A stretch of 64,000 nt of DNA, taken from assembly GCA_001244265.2 (NCBI GenBank), contig CDLV01000004.1, forward strand, positions 2,542,001 to 2,606,000. The letters are read 5' to 3'. The position numbers and the translations under genes were made by a program. This DNA is from Microbotryum violaceum (taxonomy: Eukaryota). The notes beneath the pieces were generated by a model. It was not told the origin of the DNA. It did no database searches and saw nothing but the letters and a program-made list of their open reading frames with translations. Below, one piece after another: positions 55,240 through 64,000 of the stretch; positions within the stretch are counted from its first letter, which is position 1; every line of letters begins with the position of its first letter.

Positions 55240-57866
55240 AGTAAAAAAAAAGTGTGAGTTAAGGAATGTACCTAAAATCGCTGTTTTTAACTGGGTTGCG
55301 GCCCTCCGGGCCGCCTGTGGTGGATGTACCAGCATACTGTTGTGTCTGACGCACCTGCCTGTGGTGTCCATGTTCCGATCAGAAGTCATGTACAAGCGCT
55401 GTGGTGACTTTTGTATTTTCCGCGCCGTTCCAACGAAGCTACAGCGCTCCCAGTATTTTCCTTCTTTTTTTCGCTCACATAAAACAATGCTTCCACTCAT
55501 ATTGCATTTAATGAACCGCAAGCGCGTGGCTTTGCATGATATTGCTTCTACAGCAGAGCTCTGCCTGACGTGCGAGGCGAGGGCTGGCGTTTGTCACGTG
55601 ATGCGGTGCGCCGGCGGTGGAGTGTCATTCCGGCAGTCGACCAGCGGCATTAGGGGCTGAACAACAAATCAAACCACGTAAATAATCCTGCGCCACTCCC
55701 TCGAACCTTTCCTTTCTCCCTCCCACTCTCATCCAATTTTAGTGACACTCATTCAAGAACAAACCTTCGCTACTATGCCCCGGTCCCAAGGTCGCCAGGG
55801 ACTCAGGGAGGGCCATCGCAACCTCGCCAAGTCTTGGGCGCGAGGATAGCGCCGTACCATGGACCAGCTCGAGCGCCCGCTGCTGGGCGCCCGCGCGCTC
55901 GACCCTCCTGTTCGTCCCGCACCGATCAACAGAATCAGCCCCCCGGCGCGTCATGACAACAATTCAACCGATCTTGGCATTGCGACACGTATACGAGCCC
56001 GCCGTGCAGCTGTGCAGAACGGACAGCGTGGTGAGCGCGATGGCCAACTCGAAGCTGGGCTCGCCCCACCACCACCTCCTCCGCAAAGGCGAGTGCGCCG
56101 GGCTCGAAACGCGCTCAAACCCTTCAAGCCCACGTTTCGATCCGCGACGACCTCGGCCCCCAGACGGCCGTGTGCACCCACTGCAAGGCTCGGCACTGGG
56201 AGTGCGAAAGGTCGAAGTCGACCAGACACTTCAGCGCGTGCTGCTCGCAGGGCAAGGTGCGGCTGGCTACCTCCCCCTCCCCAGCCCAATCTCGAGTATC
56301 GGCAGCTTCTTGAAGGCTCGGATAGCGGTCAGTTGCTCCGTCCAACAACATCTCTCTGCAGTATGGCCCACATGCTGAACTGTGCGATGCACCTACACAG
56401 ACGCTAAAGCATTCCGCGAGAATGCCCGGTCGTACAACAACGCGTTGTCGTTCACTTCGCTCGCTGCCCTCTGGGACCAAATTCAAGTGGGCACGCTAGG
56501 ACCCCCCGTGTTTCGCGTGTTCGGCCGCCTCTACCATCGACTCGGCGCCCTGATCCCTGCCGTGAATCAACGCCCAGCCTTTGCCCAGACATGGCTGATC
56601 AACCCGGCCGAGGCCACCGACACTCGACTTGAACCCGACGGCGCAGACAGTCACATGCAACGATCTACTTTGACCAAGCTCGAGTCCATGTTGCGTACCA
56701 AGAATCACTTTGTGAGGGAGTTCGCATCGGCCAAACCTTGCGCAGGTTGGGATACGGCCAAAGAGTGGATCCTGCGCCTCTGCCTCCCGCCAGGCCGGGA
56801 CCGACGTACCCACAACCTTCCTACGTCAAGCACGGAAATGGCGATGCTTATCTGCGATTCCGACACCAACATGGGAGATCGTGGACCTCAAGACCGTATT
56901 CTCCAGGTGCACGGTGATCGATGTCCCGATGGTCGGCCCCAAGTGCCAAGTCATCAGCTCGCTCCATCCGTCTGCGTTGCCTCTCCGGTACCCACTACTC
57001 TTCCCCGCGGGGAAGATGGCTTCCACCCCAACATTCCTCTTTGCGGTTTCAACCAAGCCAGGCCGCCAATCGCCAGAAACTGAGAGCAGATCGACAATGG
57101 TGTCCAATTGCGCGAGGTACTTGCCGGTCTCGGTCTGGATGACGAAGACGAACAGGAGGACGAAGACCGCGACAATGAGGATGAAGACGGCGAGGAAGGG
57201 GACGAAGAGGATGGTGATGGCGAACGTACGCATCTTCGGCTCTTTCTCTGAGGCTCCACTCTGTCTAAGGCGCAAGCACAGACTGACATTGAACTTTTGA
57301 ACACCTAGGACGAAGGTCAAGTAAAGGGGTCGAGGTGGTGAGTCTCGCGTTCAAAATTCTTTGCGCACTACTTGCCGAACGCGACGAGTACTTCTCAATC
57401 CCGCATTGCAACCAACGTCCCTTCCTGGAGTTTGTGATTTACGGATGTACTCCCAAGTCAAGACCGACTGACTCAGGCTTGAACCCGAACCAAATTGCGA
57501 CATCACGCAGCGATACCAGGATGCGATGGCGTGCGTTGTTAAACATGGAAAGCCTCCGCTGCTCATCACGATGACGTACGACCCCGAAGCGCCGGAAATC
57601 AAGGCTGCACTGGGGCCGAATGACAATGCAACCGTCCGAATCTCATTGCACGAGTGTTTGAAGCCAAGTCCGGCAACAAGCGACATGCAGGCTGTTTCGG
57701 CGATGAATGTAAGATGAACGGATTTTGTTTCTTTGCTGTATTTCGTATTGTGTTTTCTTAACCTCTGCGCTGATATCATGTAGATTGTTCGATTATCCTG
57801 CTATTTTTTGAATTTCATCCCCCGTTAATTTAACGGGTTCCCACTGGTTATTATATAGTTTTAAGG
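55240..57866 (+). mobile_element. Degenerate Helitron derivative, copy 2
   Basis: Near-identical to 22495-25411 but without the solo LTR. 55240-55390 also resembles 31445-31605. Confidence 0.85.
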
Positions 57867-58645
57867 GTACATCCTTCCATTCTACTCATAATGGCACGGC
57901 TTAGGATCGACGACCTCACTCCTCTTCTTGCAGCTGCTCAAAACAAATCACGACCAATGTGAGTGTTCTGGTGACAAGGAAGGGTCCGATGCAGTGTGGG
58001 AGAGCCCATACCTTGAGCGATTGACTCCAACATCAGATTTGTACTGCGAGCCCGGCACTGCGTGCAAGGCTTCAGCGAAGCCGCGCAGCTTTGAAAAAGG
58101 ATGCTTCCCTCTTGCGCTTCGATTGGCGAGGGCTTGGGGCATTTGTGGATATAGCGGCAATTGACCGAACGGCCAATGTACGTGTTTGATACCTTGGCAA
58201 GCAAGCAACGACCTCGAGTGCCTCAGACACCGGCAGAGGGGGAGTAGGGTCGAACCTTACGACCCTCTGGAGTCTCATTGGCGGCGCATCTGGCATCGAA
58301 CCAATCGTTGCAATTGACGTGCCGAGTTGGGCCGCGGGCTTCGCGAAATCAACGGAGCAGTACATTGAGCGTCGGGATTGGACTCAGAGGTGTACATTGT
58401 GCCGATCGAGAGGTCAATCAGAACGAGGGTAGGCGGGGAATTTTTTTAGTGCCGGGCGATCCCAAGGGCTTCTCTTCGAGCTCCGGCGAACTCTCCTTGA
58501 GCGCGAGTGGGATAGATTCTCCATGCACAAGAGTGTCAGCCTCAATATCAAGCAAGCTTGAACTATCACTAAGATCAGATAGTTGAGATCAACAGTAGGA
58601 CGATTGACCGGGAACCGGCGGAGGAGCTCCACTCCCCTCTCGCAA

Positions 58646-59750
58646 TCAGCGGAGGGGCAGGGGGGGGGGGGGCAGAATTTGCTTCAACTCCGTGTCACAC
58701 CGCAAGCGAGCATGTTTAACCACGTCTAACATGTATGCGCGTTGGTTAGCATAGAAGTTGTCCTGTAGTGGCTTGAGTGGGCTCCAGCTCCAGTCTAACC
58801 CAGACTGAAACGCAACGGCCGCGACCAACGTTTCCATCGTTCGACAAACGAAGACGCCGCAAGCGTTGCCATCGGGCTGTCGCGTAAACTCTGTCCTAGG
58901 CATCAAGTCCCCCTTCTTCGGTACTCGCGGTTTCACGATCTCTCGCTCCCACTCTGCGTACGGGATTGCGGGCCGGTCACTGCCTCCGGTGACACAAGGG
59001 ATGGGTCCTTCTGCCCGAGCCGTGATGAAAGGAACGATGTTCTGCGATCATGAGCTCGGCGAATTATAGTCAGCCCATCAGGTAAGCGGGATCCACACAA
59101 GTCGCTTCTCCCTCTCACCTGGCAAAGCTTTGTTCCGGCGATGGAATGTTCGGGCCGTCTACGCTTTCTTTAGATCGCCGCAGCGAGTCATGAAAGCGGA
59201 AGGTGTGGTCGGACAGACGGGCCTCAACAAGCACCCAATGACCGGGCACAATGTCAGGTGATCCGCCGGATGCTGATGGAAAGAGATCGATGGAGCACCG
59301 TGAGATGCTTCGATTACGGTGAGGCAACGTTCGTATTTGCAGGCTGTTCATTCGTGCTCCTGTTCAGGTTGGTTTCGCCAATGAAGGATAGGAGGAGGAT
59401 CGGCGAGGAAGAGTTTTGTCAGTTTTGCTTCCTAATTAGCAACTTCAAATGGCCAGCAATGACTGCTTATGCTTGGAACCAGTATCGACCTACTTCGGTT
59501 GCCATGTACAAAGGAAGCTTGAAAATTGGTATGGTGTCCTTGAGCGTCCATTCATCTGCTTTCCTTCGGTCACCAAAAATCAGCGGCCATTGCCCGTAGT
59601 CGGCTTTCTCTTCCGCCGTTCTCTTCCGCCGACCAGAGGAGGTTCGACGACATGATCGCTTGACGTTTGGCTTGCATTGTGTCATACTCCAGCTGTAGAT
59701 GGTTAGGTGCACGATTTTCGAGGAGGTTGACGACTTGGCGCAGTCGATCC
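58646..59750 (-). pseudogene. Ulp1/C48 SUMO-protease-like domain remnant, probably TE-associated
   Basis: PGHWVLVEARL..FRFHDSL (His, Asp) and RQPDGNACGVFVC (Gln, Cys) in the correct order, in fragmented frames. Confidence 0.7.
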
Positions 59751-60529
59751 ATGGCTTCTTCGCCCCATCGGAGGAGCTGGCTTCGGAGTCGTCGACGGCG
59801 GGGTCTGAGTCGGCGTTCGAGTCGACTCAGTCGGAGCAGCCCTCAGGAGTCATTGGCATTTGATTGGATTGCGTCACTGAGGGAGATCGTCAATGATATC
59901 GGGTTCCCGCTGGCCCAAGTCTTTCTTCTGGGTAGACGTAGTCGAGGACATCTGGGAGGTGCCACGTGCAGGTGGGCGGGTCATGTCGATTGGTCGGGTC
60001 CCAATGCGGGGTCGGCCACCCTTGTTCTGGAGCGTTGCACTCATCTGCTGACTGGACATGACGTATGCGACACGGGTTTTGGAACCATGGCGAGTGTCTG
60101 TCGATGGCAACGAATGGCAAGAACTGGCGTGGCGCGGTGAACATGAGTCGAAAGTAGAAGTAGGCATTTGGCGCGACGCGACGCGTCAAGCAGGCTACGT
60201 GCACCCAGACAAAATTGAGCAAGTTCGCTGGCGGCGATGCGCGGCTGTGCAGTGGATGCAGGGCCCACTTCGCTCCCGCAGTGACACGCATGATCGGATC
60301 ACTTGACCCGTTGTGGTACCCAGTAAAAGAAAGAGTGAATATTCGATGCCTGGGGGTCTTCGTCGAGCCCGGGGGGGGGGGGGAGTACGGACACAATTTT
60401 CAACTACATGAGATCCGGGTGAGAGTGCGTCTTACCAAGGGTGGACGTACTTGGTGGTCATGTAAAAGGCCTCGTCAAGTTTCAGGGTGATACATGGCAT
60501 ACTACACGAGATACAGCGGATTGCCCCGC

Positions 60530-60705
60530 TACGTGGTAAATGCACCATCCTTAATTGGTAAACGCACCTTTCTTCCGGAGCAAACGCACCAAACTTGCGC
60601 GAAGAATGCACCATTTGTAAGTGAACTTTGCATCTTACTACCTGGGTAGATGCGTCAAGCTTCGGGAGTAAACGCGCGCGCGTAATTGGTAAATGCACCA
60701 TTTAC
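60530..60705. repeat. Cluster of (ggt)aaa(t/c)gcacc motifs
   Basis: At least five copies within 175 bp. Possibly TE subterminal repeats. Confidence 0.5.
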
Positions 60706-61418
60706 TCGCGGCATTATGTATGGATGCAAGAGTCATCAAGTACCTCTCTCTAAGAGAAGTTTTAGTGCCCATTAGAACTTCACTCTAGCCTGCGAAGCAA
60801 GTCTACTAAGTGAGACTTGCCAATAGTCGCCTGACCTGAGTGAGGGGCCGGCCGAAGGGCGCAGAGCTGGAGCTCCCGCCCCGTAGACAGGAGGTGTGGT
60901 TGGTACCATTCTTTTTTACTTTTTTATTCTGTCTTGCTGTTGTGATAAAGCTGTTGGCTGGCGCCCTAAGGCTAAGCGCAGTTTATAGAGACTTGACTTA
61001 AACCCGACTTCGTACCGACCTGTAAGTCGGGCTAGTAGGGCCTAGTTGAGCTTAGCTCGCCCGTTTGGGCTTGATTGCACTCGAATTCCTTTGATCGCCC
61101 TAAAGTAGGGCTTGCGCTCCCACCACCACAACAGACGCTCACACAGCGCATATCACAGACCTACACCAAGATCCTAGCTCGGCGTCCGACAACTACTTTT
61201 ACCATCGCTTTCGACTGCATCATGGTGATCAAGCATTTGGTGCCGCAGGCCAGCCTCCGTCTCTCAGCGCTCAGCTACAGGTTCAGCTTCCGCGTGCCAG
61301 GGGCCTTTGTCTCGCGATCGAGGTGCGAAGACGGGAGCGTCCGTCCGCGCATTCATCCAGCCCGTTGCCCGTGGCGTTCGTCATCGCCGAGTCGACCCGC
61401 GGGACGAACGTCCATGCG

Positions 61419-64000
61419 ATGACATCGTTGTTTCGATCCACACCTTTGATCTCGACACCCTCGCCATCTTCGATCGCCGTCGCTCACTACGGATCGGCAT
61501 CAGGCGCTGGAGCAGGGGTCGGAGACAGTGGTGGTGGGGCGATCGCGGCTAATTCGACGTCGCGGTCTCACCTTCTGTCGCAGAAGCAGGCCCAATCCAC
61601 CCCGATTACTGTCGAAACAGCTACATCTCTGATGATAGCCGATGCACCGCCGATCGCGACCAACTCGGCGTTGAACAAGGTCGCTTCGGCGTCTTCGTCC
61701 TTGTACCAGAACTGTCGGGTGGTGCTCATGCGCCTACGCCGTGTGCCTGGCTTCGCCGAACGCTTCTTGGACAGACCAGCGACGGCGGAAGCCGAAGCGG
61801 TGCTCGGACTTTCAAGCGATCCCGTATCACGATCTCTTCACACATTGCGTCTTGGATCCTCCCTATGCTTCCTCTTCAATGCTCTCGGCCTCGACCACCA
61901 ACTGGACATCAATCCGAAAGCGACGATCCCAAATCTCAAAGCGTGCCAGCGGGGGACCGCTCATTTCATCATGGCGTGTAAGCAAGATCTCAAGTGGCCC
62001 GACGGCCAGCTTTTTGCAATTCACGAGCTGTACGGACAGGACACGAACGGGGTTGTCAAGGTGAGTTTCTGAGCAGACTGCTTTGCCAAGCTGTCGGAAG
62101 GCGCCTACTCATAGCGGCTTCCCCAATTCGCTGGTCATCCATACCGTAAACTTGCTGCTCGATATGCTTCAGATACAAGGGGCCCTTCTTGAGCCTGTTG
62201 CCGAGTCTGATCCGGTGAAGCCGACTAGTGGGCCTTCCGACGAGCGAACAATGATCGTGCGCGAGATCTTGGACTCGGAACGGAAATATGTTTAGGATCT
62301 GGAGGTGCTACAGGTGAGTCTTGTGGAGTGGGAAGCCATTTCCTCGGGCCGCTTATTTATCTAAGGTTGTACGATACCCCTGGGGGCTGTGCTCGTGCAG
62401 GATTACCAACGACAAGTTCAAGCGAATGAGGTTCTATCGCAAGATCAAGTGCACGCGCTCTTCCTCAACCTCAACACACTGGCAGATTTCCAACGCCGAG
62501 TACTGATCGGTGTAGAGGCAAATGCCTCGCGGCCGCCAGAGGAGCAACGCTTTGGGAACTTGTTCTTGCAGATGGTACATGACCTACGCCCCTAGCGTCT
62601 CTTGCGAGATGACTACGCCCTGATGCCTCGAGCCGTTCTTTCCCCTCCCCCCTAGGAGGAGCACTTTTATATCTACGAGCCGTATTGTGCCAACCTGACT
62701 TCTGCGCAAGAGTTGGCGATGGCAGAAAATGCAGCCCTTTCGGTGAGCTGGTTCGGGAAGTGTGAAGGGCCAGCACTGGGTGACTGAAGCAATTCGTCCC
62801 GATCCCTTGCAGCGGTTGGCGCATGTGCTCGATCCCATTTCGGAGTTGGCACCGCTCCTTATCAAACCCATTCAGCGAATATGCAAATATCCTCTGCTTA
62901 TTGGTGTGTGTCAGGATTTGGACGTTAAGCTGAGCTCGAGGGCCGTTTCTCACCTGACTGAGATCGGTATTCAATGGTTTGCGCAGTCGCTTCTCAAGAA
63001 CACGCCCGAAGAGTCGCCCTATCATGGAGAGCTCAAGGCGGGGCATGCTGCCATCATGCGAGTGACGGACCGAGTCAACGAGATGAAACGTCGCGAAGAA
63101 AATCATCAAGCTGTGGTGGATCTCAGAAAATGAGTCGAAGATTGGAAGGGGCACGACATCGACTCGTTCGGCGAGCTTCTGCTTCACGACGTCTTCAATG
63201 TTCAAAAGAATGATTCGGAGCGCGAGTACTTCGTGTACCTCTTTGAACGCATCATCCTGTACTGCAAAGAGGCTGCTCCTGTGGGTAGGAGAAGTGGGAG
63301 GGCTGGGTCCGTCAAGGGCAAGACGGGGAGTCACAAGGTCCCTGGTTTGGTGTTGAAGGGTCGCATTTTCGTGCACAATGTGACAGGTATAACGGCGACG
63401 CATCGCACATGTGAGTCTTCGAGAGCCCCAGGTCTCCTGTCCCCACCTTGCTCACTATTCCCGGGCGTCTGGCTTGTTCGACGCCCTAGCTCAAAACCTT
63501 CTCGAGATCCGATGGCGGGGCGATGTGGGTGAAGAGGCGTTTACCATCAAATGTCGAAGTGAGGACGTGCTCAAGCATTGGAGAAATCGGTCGCCAAGGC
63601 CGTGGACGAAGTGGTGACCCGCCGTCGTACAAACCATCTGTCGGCAAGTCGAAGATCGGAGATGTCAACGACCCCTTCCTTGTCCAGCTTCCAGGGCGAC
63701 GGCATGTCCTCGTCGTATGCTTGGCACGGCTCAATGCTCCCGAGCGCAGGACCCAGCAGCAGCAACTGGGACGACTCAGAGTTCATCTCCGAATCTGGCC
63801 GATCGACGCCGAACAGCACATTGTATGCCGGCCTTACGCGACATGCTTCCGGCAGCATTCGATCGATTCCGATCGATGCGCGTGGAAGAGTGCAACGACT
63901 GCGACCGAACGCCAGTGACGAGCGCATAGCGTCTCCTGCAAAGTTCACTCGGTCAAAGTTCACCAGCGGGACCCATACGCCAGCTCACGGCGCCGGATCT
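61419..64000 (+). pseudogene. CDC24: Cdc24/Scd1 Cdc42-GEF (CH-DH-PH), disrupted; runs off the window
   Basis: CH (LRLGSSLCFLFNAL..DTNGVVKV), DH (EILDSERKYV*DLEVLQ, LIKPIQRICKYPLL), PH (VYLFERIILYCKE..LKGRIFV). Stops at 62293 and 63131. Confidence 0.88.

Noticed and set aside
62471-63403. 310-aa minus-strand ORF (and similar antisense ORFs, e.g. 10919-11692 and 35670-36470)
   Set aside because: Antisense shadows of GC-rich coding sequence, with no motifs.

Overview
Eukaryotic, intron-rich, GC-rich fungal nuclear DNA. It is basidiomycete-like, and the gene and TE styles suggest a Microbotryum-type Pucciniomycotina genome (inference). Host genes are UBP6/USP14 (2512-4874), a PP28/PDAP1-family gene (25812-26988), EMP65/TAPT1 (27410-30505) and a CDC24/Scd1 Rho-GEF disabled by nonsense and splice lesions (61419->64000). 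Most of the remainder is nested transposable elements. (1) A 12.4-kb DNA transposon with 31-bp TIRs and a perfect 8-bp TSD (8150-20571) carries a P-element-like DDE transposase, cargo ORFs and nested Copia pieces. (2) A full-span Copia (34637-45134) has non-canonical AGTTG...CAACT LTR ends and a 5-bp TSD; it contains a chromoviral Gypsy fragment, which in turn contains a 3.1-kb mosaic mitochondrial insertion (cox1, rnl, trnE and nad1 pieces). (3) A probably intact L1-like LINE sits inside a Gypsy LTR. There are also several Helitron derivatives, solo LTRs with TSDs, a hAT remnant and a Ulp1-protease remnant. Boundaries were read by eye; no database searches were run.
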